A DNA stretch of 64,000 nt from an uncultured Trueperaceae bacterium. GTDB taxonomy: Bacteria > Deinococcota > Deinococci > Deinococcales > Trueperaceae. Shown here piece after piece: positions 1 through 10,348 of this stretch (position 1 is its first letter; each line of letters begins with the position of its first letter). The notes beneath the pieces are model-generated. The model did no database searches, was not told the DNA's origin, and saw nothing but the letters and a program-made list of their open reading frames with translations. The stretch is from the NCBI GenBank assembly GCA_963799485.1, contig CAWCXJ010000007.1:96001-160000 (forward strand), given 5' to 3'. The position numbers were made by a program, and so were the translations under genes.

Positions 1-128
1 CGGGTCGTGCCTAGCGTAAAGAACCGTAAATCCTAAAACCTCAGTGTAGAACCGTAAACTCACGGAAAAGTCCGAGACGTAAAGTTCAGGTACCATCTTC
101 TGCCAGACGATGTTCACATGTACCTTGT

Positions 129-578
129 TTACGGCTTGCGAACCTTCAGCGGCGCTTCCATCAGCGGGGCCGGGTGCGCGGTGCAGTAGTAGCTGCTGGC
201 CTGCGCGGCTAACTTCGGCGTCAGCGTGAAAGTAATGCCTTCGTCGTCCGCCGTAAAGTTGACCTCAGGGTCGGTTTCAAAAGGCCGGTCTTGCGGGCGC
301 TGATTAAGGAGCGAATCGCCACTCTTACCGCGAACCGCAAACGGGTGAATCTGCAACGTACCCAGGTTGATAAAGTGATAGCGTTTGCCGACGGTCAAGG
401 TGATGGGTGTATTTTCGGTATTCAGTTGAGCGACGCCCTCCGCACCTTGGATACTTTTGACAACCCAGGCGCTCGAGTCCACGTTTTGCATCGTCAGCGT
501 CACGTCGGCGTTTTGGGCAAAGACGACACCCAAGCAAAAAAGCAGGGCTATAAAACCCTGCTTCAGGTGATGTAGCAC
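129..578 (-). CDS. Exported cupredoxin-like (type-1 blue copper) protein
   Basis: Signal peptide (…LGVVFA-Q). His in QIHPF plus C-terminal YYCTAHPAPLM give the H…C-x2-H-x4-M copper ligand set. Confidence 0.7.
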   Translation of the reverse strand: MLHHLKQGFIALLFCLGVVFAQNADVTLTMQNVDSSAWVVKSIQGAEGVAQLNTENTPITLTVGKRYHFINLGTLQIHPFAVRGKSGDSLLNQRPQDRPFETDPEVNFTADDEGITFTLTPKLAAQASSYYCTAHPAPLMEAPLKVRKP

Positions 579-581
579 GCC

Positions 582-1997
582 TTAACCCTCGACCGACATC
601 AGGTAGGGGTCTTCGATGGTTTCGCAGATGAGCCGTAAAAACCGCGCCGCGTCCGCGCCGTCGATCAGCCGGTGGTCATACGAGAGCGACAACGGCATCA
701 TCGTGCGCGGTTTGAACTCGCCCGCTCCGTCGTCCCACACAGGTTCGACTGCGCCGCGTGAAACACCCAAAATGGCTACATCCGGCGGGTTGACAATCGG
801 CGTAAAACCGGTGCCGCCGATACCGCCCAGATTTGAGATGCTGAAGTTGCCGCCCTGCATGTCTTCAGGGCCGAGTTTACGGGCCCTGGCCTTTTCTGCA
901 ATATCACCCAGCTCTTTCGCCAGCTGAATAATGCCTTTTTTGTCTACGTCGCGGATGACCGGGACGAGCAGCCCGCGTTCGGTATCGACCGCAACACCCA
1001 GGTTGACATACTCCTTATAGACCACTTCGTTGTTTTCCAAGTCCAAGCTGGCATTGAACTTCGGAAACTTCTTCAGCGCTCCGACAACCATTTTGAGGAG
1101 CACCGCCGTCGGCGTGAGCTTGGTTCCGGCAGCCTCGGCCCGCGCTTTGTAGCGTTTGCGGAGCGCCTCGAACTCGGCGGTGTCGGCCTTGTCGAACTGC
1201 GTTACCATCGGTACGCTGCTCCAGGCGTTTGCCATCGCGCGCACCGTCGCCTTGCGGATCCCCGACATCGGTTCGCGGGTCACAGAGCCGTATTTGCCGA
1301 AGTCGGGGAGCGGTACGGCGGTGGGTGTAGGAGCCTGTTGCGGTGCCCCCTGAGATGCAGCCTGCGGTTTGCCGCCAGCAGCAAAACTCTTCACGTCTTC
1401 AGCGGAGATGCGGCCCATGACGCCTGAACCTGCGACTTCACGGAGGTTGACGCCCATCTCCCGGGCTAAACGCCTTACCGACGGGGCCGCCGGTATGCTC
1501 TGCTTTTCGTCCAACGGAGTGTCGTAAGAGTCCGGCGCTTTCTCGGCGTCTTCGGCACTTTTGGCGTTCGCCGCGTCGTCGATTTCGGCTTCTTCGGCAT
1601 CTATGCTCTCGTCTTTATCTATGCTCTCGTTTTTACTTTTGCCTTCAGCCTGGGCGGTTTCGGCGGGTTCCGCTTCGGCAGCAGCGTCCGCGGCGTCTGC
1701 TTCATCACCGTCACTTTCGGCACTGTCTGAAGCCGATGCCGGAGCGTCACCGCTTGAGTCACCCTCGCCGACGACCAGCACAACCTGACCGACCGACGCC
1801 TCTTCGTTTTCGTTGACGCGGATTTCTTGCACCACGCCTGCAACCGACGACGGCACCTCGACGACGGCTTTGTCGGTCTCGAGCTCCAGCACCGCCTGGT
1901 CTTTTTCGATGGTATCGCCGACCGCGACCAGCACGCCGACGACGGTACCGCTCGTAATACCTTCGCCTACTTCGGGCAGTTTGAATTCAGTTGCCAT
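582..1997 (-). CDS. aceF: Pyruvate dehydrogenase E2, dihydrolipoamide acetyltransferase
   Basis: One lipoyl domain (ETDKA), acidic linker, subunit-binding domain (AAPSVRRLARE), catalytic DHRLIDG. Lies directly downstream of aceE. Confidence 0.95.
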   Translation of the reverse strand: MATEFKLPEVGEGITSGTVVGVLVAVGDTIEKDQAVLELETDKAVVEVPSSVAGVVQEIRVNENEEASVGQVVLVVGEGDSSGDAPASASDSAESDGDEADAADAAAEAEPAETAQAEGKSKNESIDKDESIDAEEAEIDDAANAKSAEDAEKAPDSYDTPLDEKQSIPAAPSVRRLAREMGVNLREVAGSGVMGRISAEDVKSFAAGGKPQAASQGAPQQAPTPTAVPLPDFGKYGSVTREPMSGIRKATVRAMANAWSSVPMVTQFDKADTAEFEALRKRYKARAEAAGTKLTPTAVLLKMVVGALKKFPKFNASLDLENNEVVYKEYVNLGVAVDTERGLLVPVIRDVDKKGIIQLAKELGDIAEKARARKLGPEDMQGGNFSISNLGGIGGTGFTPIVNPPDVAILGVSRGAVEPVWDDGAGEFKPRTMMPLSLSYDHRLIDGADAARFLRLICETIEDPYLMSVEG

Positions 1998-2116
1998 ACG
2001 TTCCTTTCGCGCACTCTGCCGGACTAACTACAGAACTTCTATGAACAGCATTACAAAAGGTACTTGCTTGTCCGTAAAACTCAGACAGAGAGCGTTCGTG
2101 ACCAGATGATACCTGC

Positions 2117-4822
2117 TTAAGCGACATGCGCGTCGAGCTTGTCCGGGTTGATGTCTAAATCCTTGATGGCTCTGGCAACCACTGAAGCCTCGAGCTCATC
2201 CTCTTGTTGCAACGCGTAAAGCGTCGCCAGGGTGATGAAACGGGCGTCAACTTCAAAGTGATTGCGGAGTTCTTCACGCGCTTCACTGCGTCCGAAGCCG
2301 TCGGTACCCAAAGCGACGATAGGGCGCGGCAGGTGCCGCGAGAGCGCGTCCGGCAAAATCTTCATATAGTCCGACGCCGCCACGAGGACACCTTCGGCAT
2401 CTTTAAGCGCCTCGTAAACGAACGGCTTTTCCGGTTCGGCTTCGGGGTGGAGGCGGTTACGGCGCTCGACCCGGAGCGCGTCTTGGTGCAGCGACTTGTA
2501 CGAGGTCACGCTCCACACGTCGGCGGCAACGTCGTAAGCCTCGAGCATCTCCTGCGCTTTTAAGACCTCCAGCATAATCGACCCCGAGCCGAAGAGCTGC
2601 GCCCTGAATTTGCTACGTTTTTTATCTGAAGACTTAAAGAGGTACAACCCCCTGAGAACACCTTCTTTGACCTCTTCTTGGGACAAGTGCTCAGGCAGCG
2701 CGGGCTGCGGGTAGTTTTCGTTACCGACGGTGAGGTAATAGAACAAATCCTCTTGCTCCTCGTACATCCGCCGCATCCCCTCACGGACGATAAAGGCGAT
2801 TTCATACGCAAAAGACGGGTCGTAGGCGAGCAGATTGGGAATCGGGTAGGCCAAAACGTGCGAGTGACCGTCCTGGTGCTGCAAACCTTCCCCGGCGAGG
2901 GTGGTGCGGCCCGCCGTACCCCCGAGCAGAAAGCCTTTGGCGCGCATGTCCCCGGCGGCCCACAAAAAGTCGCCGATACGCTGAAAGCCGAACATCGAGT
3001 AGTAGATAAAAAACGGAATGGTATTGACGCCGTGCGTGGCATACGCCGTGCCCGCCGCGATAAACGACGAAATCGAACCGGCTTCGGTAATGCCCTCTTC
3101 TAAAATCTGTCCGTCGGTCGATTCTTTGTAGTACAAGATGTTATCCGAATCGACGGGTTCGTAGAGCTGCCCGACGTGCGAATAAATCCCGATTTGCCGG
3201 AACAGGGCTTCCATCCCGAAGGTGCGGGCCTCGTCGGGAACGATTGGCACAATGAGTTTGCCCCACGCTTTATCGCGTAAGAGCTTGCCTAAAATCCGGA
3301 CGAAGACCATCGTGGTCGAGGCGGCGCGGTCGCCGGTGCCTTTGGTAAATTCGTCGAACAGGGCCTCGTCGGGGGCCGCTAACGGTTCGACCTTGACGCG
3401 CCGCGCCGGGATGCCGCCACCTAGTGCTTCACGGTGCTCCTGCAAATACTTATATTCTTCTTCGTCTTCTTCGGGGCGGTAAAAAGGGTACTGAGCGATC
3501 TCTTCGTCTTTAATCGGGACTTCAAAACGGTCACGGAAGAGCTTGAGCTCGTCTTCGGTCAGTTTTTTCTGCTGGTGCGTGACGTTTTTGCCTTCACCCG
3601 ATTCGCCTAAACCGTAGCCCTTGACGGTGCGCGCCAAAATGACGGTGGGCTGACCTTCGTGCTCGGTCGCGTGCTTGAAAGCGGTGTAGACCTTGATGGG
3701 GTCGTGCCCGCCACGGTTGAGTTGGGCGAGGTCGTCGTCGCTCCAGCCTTCGATAAGCTTTTGCAGTTCAGGTGTGTTAAAGAAGTTTTTCCGCAGTTCT
3801 GCCGCGCCAAAGGCCGCGTAACGTTGCGATTCGCCGTCGATGAGTTTTTCAAAACGTTCGACCAGCACGCCCTGCGTATCTTTTTCTAAGAGCCTGTCCC
3901 AACCCGAACCCCAGATGACCTTGATGACGTTCCAGCCGGTACCGCGAAAGTCGGCCTCGAGTTCCTGAATAATCTGACCGTTGCCGCGTACCGGGCCGTC
4001 AAGCCGTTGCAAATTGCAGTTGATGACCCAAATCAGATTGTCGAGCTTTTCACGGGCGGCAAGCGAAATCGCGCCCAGCGTTTCGGGTTCGTCGGTTTCG
4101 CCGTCGCCTAGAAAGGCCCAGACCTTACCCGAACCGGGTTTTTTGAGGCCACGATCCTCGAGGTAGCGGTTAAAACGCGCCTGATAGATCGAGGTGATCG
4201 GGCCGATCCCCATCGAGACGGTGGCAAAACTCCAGTAGTCGGGCATCAGCCACGCGTGCGGATAGCTGCTCAGGCCGGGGCCGTCTTGGAGTTCGCGGCG
4301 AAAGTTTCGCAGGTGTTCTTTGTGCAGGCGGCGCTCTAAGTACGAGCGCGCGTACATGCCGGGGCTCGCGTGCCCCTGAAAATAAATCAGGTCGGCGTCC
4401 GGGCCTGCGCCCGGGCCGCGAAAAAAGTGGTTCATCCCGACTTCGTACAGGGTCGCTGCCGACGCGTAGGTCGATAAGTGACCGCCGATCCCTTCAGAAT
4501 GCTTGTTGGCGTAAAGCACCATCGCCACCGCGTTCCAGCGAATCAGGTTGCGGATGCGGCGCTCGGTTGCCAGGTCGCCGGGGTAGTCTTCGTCTTCGCT
4601 TGCCGGAATCGTATTGACATAGGGCGTGTTGGCGCTAAAGGGAATCTCGACGCCGAGCTTTTTGGCGTGCTGCTCGAGCCGTTTCAAAATCTCCAGGGCG
4701 CGCTCCGGCCCGGCGCTGTCCAGCACGTATTCGAGAGACTCGAGCCACTCTTTAAGCTCGACTTCGTTAAGTTGCCGCCGGGCGTCGGCGTCGGCCCCGG
4801 CACGGTCTAGGGTATCAGCCAC
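2117..4822 (-). CDS. aceE: Pyruvate dehydrogenase E1, homodimeric AceE type
   Basis: 901 aa with [21 protein letters not shown] motif GDGE…NCN and [20 protein letters not shown] before a GTG start. Confidence 0.97.
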   Translation of the reverse strand: MADTLDRAGADADARRQLNEVELKEWLESLEYVLDSAGPERALEILKRLEQHAKKLGVEIPFSANTPYVNTIPASEDEDYPGDLATERRIRNLIRWNAVAMVLYANKHSEGIGGHLSTYASAATLYEVGMNHFFRGPGAGPDADLIYFQGHASPGMYARSYLERRLHKEHLRNFRRELQDGPGLSSYPHAWLMPDYWSFATVSMGIGPITSIYQARFNRYLEDRGLKKPGSGKVWAFLGDGETDEPETLGAISLAAREKLDNLIWVINCNLQRLDGPVRGNGQIIQELEADFRGTGWNVIKVIWGSGWDRLLEKDTQGVLVERFEKLIDGESQRYAAFGAAELRKNFFNTPELQKLIEGWSDDDLAQLNRGGHDPIKVYTAFKHATEHEGQPTVILARTVKGYGLGESGEGKNVTHQQKKLTEDELKLFRDRFEVPIKDEEIAQYPFYRPEEDEEEYKYLQEHREALGGGIPARRVKVEPLAAPDEALFDEFTKGTGDRAASTTMVFVRILGKLLRDKAWGKLIVPIVPDEARTFGMEALFRQIGIYSHVGQLYEPVDSDNILYYKESTDGQILEEGITEAGSISSFIAAGTAYATHGVNTIPFFIYYSMFGFQRIGDFLWAAGDMRAKGFLLGGTAGRTTLAGEGLQHQDGHSHVLAYPIPNLLAYDPSFAYEIAFIVREGMRRMYEEQEDLFYYLTVGNENYPQPALPEHLSQEEVKEGVLRGLYLFKSSDKKRSKFRAQLFGSGSIMLEVLKAQEMLEAYDVAADVWSVTSYKSLHQDALRVERRNRLHPEAEPEKPFVYEALKDAEGVLVAASDYMKILPDALSRHLPRPIVALGTDGFGRSEAREELRNHFEVDARFITLATLYALQQEDELEASVVARAIKDLDINPDKLDAHVA

Positions 4823-4845
4823 AGTAAAGCCTCCTCTTGGCTACG

Positions 4846-4906
4846 TTAGACTAATCAGGTTTAGACTGACCAGTTGCTGGACTAACCAGTTTTAGGCTGA
4901 CCGGGA
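4846..4906. repeat. Four imperfect 15-16 bp tandem repeats in the aceE leader; candidate GntR/PdhR-type operators
   Basis: TTAGACTAATCAGGT / TTAGACTGACCAGTT / CTGGACTAACCAGTT / TTAGGCTGACCGGGA. The minus strand reads TGGTtagTCCA and TGGTcagTCTA. Confidence 0.6.
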
Positions 4907-5009
4907 ACGGTTATCCCGGCAAGGTCAGCTCATCCTATCAAGCTTGACCCTAAAGACTTCATATATGCGCTGCAATCCGGGTCGTCCTCGGCGCCCAGCA
5001 CGGCCCACG

Positions 5010-5219
5010 CTAGCGAGAACGAAACAACCAGCCGAGCAGATTGACGAGGAGCGTCAGTACGCCGCTGACGAGAAGCATTGAAGTTACGGGAAAGAAGACC
5101 GACCTGGTACGGATATCGCCGGGAAGCTGACCAAACCAGGCGAACGCCTTGGGGAAAACGAGGAGGACGACGCCTATAAGCGCCAAACCCATACCGGTGG
5201 TGATAAGACCTCGAGCCAC
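5010..5219 (-). CDS. DUF2905-like small membrane protein
   Basis: Two hydrophobic segments, G-x-LPGDI motif and FPVTSML. TAAACT lies 6 nt before the GTG (leaderless). Confidence 0.8.
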   Translation of the reverse strand: MARGLITTGMGLALIGVVLLVFPKAFAWFGQLPGDIRTRSVFFPVTSMLLVSGVLTLLVNLLGWLFRSR

Positions 5220-5259
5220 CCGATAAGTTTAACCCTCGCGGGATTGATGAAAAAGTTTT

Positions 5260-5273
5260 TGTAAGCGTTTACA
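5260..5273. promoter_or_regulatory. LacI-family operator (distal)
   Basis: Near-palindrome TGTAAGCGTTTACA with central CG, upstream of a LacI gene. Confidence 0.75.
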
Positions 5274-5360
5274 TTTTCAAGTGGACGTTCAGCACAATTT
5301 TTGGTATCTACTCAAAACCCAACTCTTGATATCCATCATCGCGTTCAAAATAAAGATCTG

Positions 5361-5389
5361 TTGACATTACTCGAGGAAGTCTCTAGACT
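5361..5389 (+). promoter_or_regulatory. Sigma70-type promoter of the LacI/sugar ABC operon
   Basis: TTGACA-17 nt-TAGACT. Confidence 0.8.
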
Positions 5390-5405
5390 TGGTGCATCAA
5401 AGTAC

Positions 5406-5425
5406 TTTTGTAAGCGGTTACAAAA
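5406..5425. promoter_or_regulatory. LacI-family operator (proximal)
   Basis: Palindrome TTTTGTAAGCGGTTACAAAA just downstream of the predicted transcription start. Confidence 0.8.
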
Positions 5426-5446
5426 ACAAGCATTAAGGAGCTGTAG

Positions 5447-6430
5447 GTGAAAGCAGACGCCGGGGAGTCCCTGCCCACAATTCAAGATGTCGCGCAAACA
5501 GCGGGCGTTTCGACCGGCACCGTAAGCAGGGTGCTAAACGGTCGTCCGGGCGTCAAGGCGGTGACCAAAACGGCGGTGCTGGCGGCAGTGACGAAGTTGA
5601 GGTATCGCCCGGACACTGCCGCGCGGCAGCTCTCGCGGGGCCGTACCAAACGCATCGGCTTTCACGTGTCTGCCTTGAGCGGGCGGTTTTCACCTTTTTA
5701 TATGCTCTTTATGGAACACCTCATCACCGGCTTTGAAGACGAAGGCTACCGTTTGGACGATATCCCCAGCCGCCCCGACGGGCTCCCGGCGAGACTAAGT
5801 GACGGCATGGTGCTTTTCGGCGTTCACGACGACGACCTCCGGATTCCGTACCTCGAGGCCCAAGGCGTGCCGTTTGTGCTGGAAGGTCACGCACCCGGTC
5901 AGCGCTGGGTGCGCGCGGACGATCTCAGCGGCGGCAGACAGGCGACTGAACACCTCGTGCGCCTTGGTCACACCAAGATTTTGCATTTAGGCGGTGACCT
6001 CAGCGGTCAAGCTGCGTTCGACCGGTTGCGCGGCTACCAGAGCGTACTTACCGAAAACGGACTCGAGCTCCCCCTGCCCTTAAACGGCGGTTTTACGGTA
6101 CTCGGTGCGTACCGAGCCGTGCGGCGGGCGCTAGCTGCCGGTACACAGTTCTCTGCCCTTTTTGCCGCCTCGGACGAGATGGCGCAGGGCGCGGTCGCAG
6201 CGCTCGAGGACGCCGGCTTGGAGGTTCCCAAAGACGTGTCGGTGGTCGGCTTCGACGATTTGCCCGAGTTCGGTGAAGGTCTGACAACCGTCCGGCAAGA
6301 CATCGCCAAAGTCGCTGCAACCGCAGTTGCGCTTCTTAAAGAGGGGTTGGCGGGGGAACCGGTGCGGCACGAAGTCGTACCCGTTCAGCTCGTAGTGCGC
6401 GGCACAACTGCCCGGAGGAGGTCCTTGTGA
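5447..6430 (+). CDS. LacI-family transcriptional regulator
   Basis: N-terminal HTH TIQDVAQTAGVSTGTVSRVLN and sugar-binding domain ending VPKDVSVVGFDD. Confidence 0.95.
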   Translation: MKADAGESLPTIQDVAQTAGVSTGTVSRVLNGRPGVKAVTKTAVLAAVTKLRYRPDTAARQLSRGRTKRIGFHVSALSGRFSPFYMLFMEHLITGFEDEGYRLDDIPSRPDGLPARLSDGMVLFGVHDDDLRIPYLEAQGVPFVLEGHAPGQRWVRADDLSGGRQATEHLVRLGHTKILHLGGDLSGQAAFDRLRGYQSVLTENGLELPLPLNGGFTVLGAYRAVRRALAAGTQFSALFAASDEMAQGAVAALEDAGLEVPKDVSVVGFDDLPEFGEGLTTVRQDIAKVAATAVALLKEGLAGEPVRHEVVPVQLVVRGTTARRRSL

Positions 6431-6493
6431 GGTAACGTCCGCAGCTCGCTAACAAACCTGTTTTCAGCTCTTTACTCTCGAAAGGATTTTACC

Positions 6494-7720
6494 GTGAAAC
6501 GTTTTTTACTGGCACTGCTTTTCGGACTTGCATCAGTCAGCCTCGCCCAGACGACGGTTCGCATTACCGGTTACGGCGGTGGGGACCCGGCTATCGTCAA
6601 CCGCCTGATCAACGAAGTCATCGGCGACCAGCTCTCTGCTGAAAATATCACCGTCCAGTACGAACCCGTCGAAGGCGATTACAACGCCGGACTCTTTAAT
6701 GCACTTTCGGCAGGCACGGCGGGCGACGTCTTTTACATTCCCGCCGAAACCGCGCCCGGTATCATAGCGACCGGAACCGTTTTGCCGCTTAACGATGTGG
6801 TCGATACCGGGCCGTTTATCGATACGCTTTTAGAGCCTTTTACCGTCGACGGTCAGATTTACGGCGTCCCGAAAGACTTCAATACGCTGGCGGTTTTTTA
6901 CAACAAAGACCTGTTTGACGAAGCGGGCGTCGAGTATCCGAATGAAAACGACACCTGGGAAACGTTCGCCGAGAAGTTGCGCGGCGTCAACGACTTGGGC
7001 GGCGACGTAAAGGGCGCGTGCTTCGTCGCCGATATCGCCCGGATGGGCCCGTTTGCCTTTAGTGAGGGCTGGCAGGTGCTAAACGAAGACGGTACGACCA
7101 ATCTGCAAGATCAAGCGTTCGTCGACGCCTTTACCTGGTATACGGGGCTGATTCAAGACGGTACGACGGCGTTGCCGAGCGATTTGGGTCAGGATTGGTC
7201 GGGCGGCTGTTTCGGGACGGGCAACACGGGCGTAGCGATTGAAGGGGCGTGGATTTTAGGTTACTTGCGCGACACCGCGCCCAACTTGCAGTACGGCACC
7301 ACCTTTTTACCGGTCGCCCCGTCGTCGGGTGAAACCGGCAACTTCACCTATACGGTCGCCTACGGCGTCAACGCGAACTCGGCAAATCAGGACGCGGCTA
7401 TTAAAGTTTTGCAGGCGTTGACCAGCCCAGAAGCGCAGCAGTGGGTGCTCGAGAACGGCCTCGCCATCCCCAGCCGCGAATCCTTGAGCGACAACCCCTA
7501 CTTTCAAGAAGATACGCCTGAAGCGCAGGCCAACCGCATCGTCTTCGAGGGAGCTACCCGCGGCAACGTCCAGAGCTATCAGTTCGGCAACGTCGGTACG
7601 GATTTTGTAACGCCAATCAACGCGGCGCTCAACGCCGTAGCGACCGGGCAAGCCGAGGTCGGCCCGGCGTTAGAACAAGCCCAAGGCGAGGTCGACGCGC
7701 TTATTCAGCGCGCCCAGTAA
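6494..7720 (+). CDS. Carbohydrate ABC transporter substrate-binding protein (CUT1)
   Basis: Signal peptide and motif GQIYGVPKDFNTLAVFYNKDLFDEAG. Confidence 0.92.
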   Translation: MKRFLLALLFGLASVSLAQTTVRITGYGGGDPAIVNRLINEVIGDQLSAENITVQYEPVEGDYNAGLFNALSAGTAGDVFYIPAETAPGIIATGTVLPLNDVVDTGPFIDTLLEPFTVDGQIYGVPKDFNTLAVFYNKDLFDEAGVEYPNENDTWETFAEKLRGVNDLGGDVKGACFVADIARMGPFAFSEGWQVLNEDGTTNLQDQAFVDAFTWYTGLIQDGTTALPSDLGQDWSGGCFGTGNTGVAIEGAWILGYLRDTAPNLQYGTTFLPVAPSSGETGNFTYTVAYGVNANSANQDAAIKVLQALTSPEAQQWVLENGLAIPSRESLSDNPYFQEDTPEAQANRIVFEGATRGNVQSYQFGNVGTDFVTPINAALNAVATGQAEVGPALEQAQGEVDALIQRAQ

Positions 7721-7732
7721 CGTAAACCTTGC

Positions 7733-7761
7733 GTAGCCGGGGTAAGTTCGACTCCGGCTAC
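7733..7761 (+). other. Intercistronic stem-loop after the binding-protein gene
   Basis: GTAGCCGGGG…CTCCGGCTAC with no U-tract. This position is typical of mRNA-stabilising hairpins in ABC operons. Confidence 0.55.
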
Positions 7762-7808
7762 ACTCGTCAGCTAAACACCCGAATCCCTCACTTAAGGAGG
7801 ACAGACTT

Positions 7809-8903
7809 ATGAACCGAAGGTTCCGCGACGCAGCGGCAGGCTACCTCTTTCTCCTGCCTTTTTTGCTGACGCTCGGGATATTTTTCGTCTACGCGTTTGT
7901 ACGCGCCGTCGGCTTTAGTTTTACCAACTACAATTTGTTTAACGCCGCGAACCTCGAGTTCGTCGGCTTGCAAAACTATCTCAACTTGTTTCAGAGCGAC
8001 AACTTCTTGCGCGCCCTGACCAACTCGGTTACCTTTGCCACCGTCGTAACGGCGCTGCAAACGTTCGGCGCGCTTTTGATGGCAGCAGTGCTCAACCAAA
8101 AAGTACACGGTCTGGGTTTTTTTCGGGCAGCCTACTATATGCCCAGCGTCACCAGCAGCGTCGTGATTACGCTCATCTTTTTGTGGCTGTTTCAGCGCAC
8201 CGGCTTGATCAACTATCTCACCACCCAGTTTCTCGTCTACTTGCCGCTGATCCTCGTATTTTTTGTCATCCTGGTAGTAATGCAAGTGGTGCAGGTCATG
8301 ATTGAACGCGCCCGCAAGCTGCCGGCAAACTGGAACGACCCGGCCCTGTTCGTCATCTCGATTCTCGTGGCGCTCGCCGGAACCGTGGTGCTCAATATAG
8401 GTGGACTCATCTCACCCAGAGACCTGCCCCCCGTCGATTTCAACTGGCTCAATACTCAGCAGCGCGTCGGGTTTATCGGCGTCCCGCTCATCGTCATCAT
8501 GTTTCAAAACATCTTTACGACAATACCTACCTTTATGTTGATGTTTCTAGCAGCGCTGCAAGATGTACCCGTGTCGTACTACGAAGCGGCGTCTTTAGAC
8601 GGGGCGAGCGCCGCCCAGCAGTTTCGCTACATTACGGTGCCGTCGGTTCAGCCTGTAACCTTCCTGGTCGTCACGCTCGGGCTTATCGGGACGTTGCAGA
8701 TGTTCGACCAGGTGGCGATTTTTGGCAACGCGGTGCCTTTAGAGTCGGTCATTACGCTGGCGTACTTCGTTTACGACCGGATGTTCCCCGGCGGGCAACT
8801 TCCCGAAGTCGGTTTTGCGTCGGCAGCGGCGATGTTTCTAGCCGTACTGACGCTGATTGTCGTGCTGATTCAGCGCGTCTTCATCCCCTCGGAGAAAAGC
8901 TGA
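7809..8903 (+). CDS. Carbohydrate ABC permease (MalF-like)
   Basis: Multi-TM protein with EAA loop YYEAASLDGAS. Confidence 0.92.
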   Translation: MNRRFRDAAAGYLFLLPFLLTLGIFFVYAFVRAVGFSFTNYNLFNAANLEFVGLQNYLNLFQSDNFLRALTNSVTFATVVTALQTFGALLMAAVLNQKVHGLGFFRAAYYMPSVTSSVVITLIFLWLFQRTGLINYLTTQFLVYLPLILVFFVILVVMQVVQVMIERARKLPANWNDPALFVISILVALAGTVVLNIGGLISPRDLPPVDFNWLNTQQRVGFIGVPLIVIMFQNIFTTIPTFMLMFLAALQDVPVSYYEAASLDGASAAQQFRYITVPSVQPVTFLVVTLGLIGTLQMFDQVAIFGNAVPLESVITLAYFVYDRMFPGGQLPEVGFASAAAMFLAVLTLIVVLIQRVFIPSEKS

Positions 8904-10345
8904 TGGCGACGCGCAGCGCCCCGCGCGGCGCAGAAACGTTTGGCAGCCGCGCCGAATTCGAACGCTGGCACGCCCGCCGCCGCTGGGCACGGGCCGGGCT
9001 TGTGTATCTGGCGATGCTCTTTTTTGCGGTGGTGCTTTTGGGCCCGATCTTGTTTGCGGCGCTCTCGAGCGTCAAGACAAACCCGCTCGAGTACCCGCCC
9101 AACCTCAACGTCCCGCAACTCTCCCCCGCCAACTGGTCGGCGGCGGCTCGGCTCGGCGCAGCGGGCGGCGGCGGGCGCTGGTTCGGCGGTTTTGCGCCCG
9201 GCGCGGACGTGCCGTTTCGCATCACCTATTTCGTCCCTGAAGGGCAACAGGCCGAGGCCCCCGAGGTTGTGGTGTCGCGCCGCCGTAGCGGAGGTTTGCA
9301 GGCCGCACAGGTCATCGAGTTCGCCGCCGATTACGCCGAGGTGAGTCCAATTGAGGAGGTCTCGCGCACGCCCGGTTCTTACCCTGTAAGAGATGAAGAG
9401 ACCGCTGGACAGTTTGTCACCTACAGCTTTAATATCACCTATCCCGGTCAAGGGCCGGAGGTCGATACCTTGCCCCTGGACATCACCGCACCCGTGGGTC
9501 AGCTTTACACCGACGCGACGCTGAGTCCGAGTCGGCTCGAGCGTCGGGGCCGGGTCGCCTCGTTCGATACAGTCGTCCCCGGCGCACTCGGTTACGTCTT
9601 TCGCAACTACGTCCGCGTGTTTGCCGAGGTCAAGAGCGTCACCACCGGCGAGAGCCTTTTTTGGGCGTGGACGCGCAACTCGTTTTTTATCGGCATCGTC
9701 CGGGTACTGAGCACGCTGCTCTTTGCGTCGATGGCGGGTTACGCACTGGCGCGGCTCCGGTTTCCGGGTAAAAACATCATCTTTTTCGCCACGCTTTTCA
9801 GCATGATGATTCCCGGTCAGGTGACGTTTATTTCCAACTACCTGGTGCTGCGTGACGGCATCTTCGGGTTTACCCAACTTTTCGGTGTGCAAACGCTGCT
9901 GAATACCATCTGGGCGGTGATTATCGGCGGGGCAAGCGGCTCGGCCTTGGTCGCGGCCGGGATGGTTTTTTTGATGAAGCAGTTTTTCGAGTCCATCCCC
10001 AACGAGGTCGAGGAAGCTGCGATGATCGACGGGGCCAACCACTGGCGGCGTTACTGGAACGTCGTTTTGCCGATGGCGCGGCCTGCTTTGGGCGCTGTTG
10101 CCATTCTCACCTTTCAGGGCGCGTGGAACGAGTTTTTCTGGCCGTTTATCGTGTTGACGACGCCCGAAGACATCAAAACGCTGCCGATTGGCCTGTTGTC
10201 GTTCCGGCAAATTTACGGCGCGACCGGTGACTGGGGCCTTATTCTGGCAGGTGCGATTTTAAGTGCATTACCCATCATCATCTTGTTTATCGTCTTTCAG
10301 CGCTACTTTTTAGAGGGCGTGTCGTATGGGGGCGGTAAGGAGTAG
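8903..10345 (+). CDS. Carbohydrate ABC permease (MalG-like) with a large extracytoplasmic insertion
   Basis: EEAAMIDGA loop, AGYALARLRFPG and AWNEFFWP. About 170 hydrophilic residues are inserted after TM1. Confidence 0.9.
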   Translation: MATRSAPRGAETFGSRAEFERWHARRRWARAGLVYLAMLFFAVVLLGPILFAALSSVKTNPLEYPPNLNVPQLSPANWSAAARLGAAGGGGRWFGGFAPGADVPFRITYFVPEGQQAEAPEVVVSRRRSGGLQAAQVIEFAADYAEVSPIEEVSRTPGSYPVRDEETAGQFVTYSFNITYPGQGPEVDTLPLDITAPVGQLYTDATLSPSRLERRGRVASFDTVVPGALGYVFRNYVRVFAEVKSVTTGESLFWAWTRNSFFIGIVRVLSTLLFASMAGYALARLRFPGKNIIFFATLFSMMIPGQVTFISNYLVLRDGIFGFTQLFGVQTLLNTIWAVIIGGASGSALVAAGMVFLMKQFFESIPNEVEEAAMIDGANHWRRYWNVVLPMARPALGAVAILTFQGAWNEFFWPFIVLTTPEDIKTLPIGLLSFRQIYGATGDWGLILAGAILSALPIIILFIVFQRYFLEGVSYGGGKE

Positions 10346-10348
10346 GGG

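Noticed and set aside
1598..1632. Short duplication ESIDKDESID in aceF
   Set aside because: Ordinary variation in a low-complexity E2 linker.
4846..4906. Possible mini-CRISPR array
   Set aside because: The units are 15-16 bp and contiguous with no spacers, and there are no cas genes in the window.
7733..7761. GTTCGA loop suggesting a tRNA T-arm
   Set aside because: There is no cloverleaf or acceptor stem, only a single hairpin.
8870..10210. Long antisense ORFs (for example 8870-10210, 16982-18031, 35055-36278, 28180-28980)
   Set aside because: They shadow well-supported genes on the opposite strand in GC-rich DNA and show no recognisable motifs.
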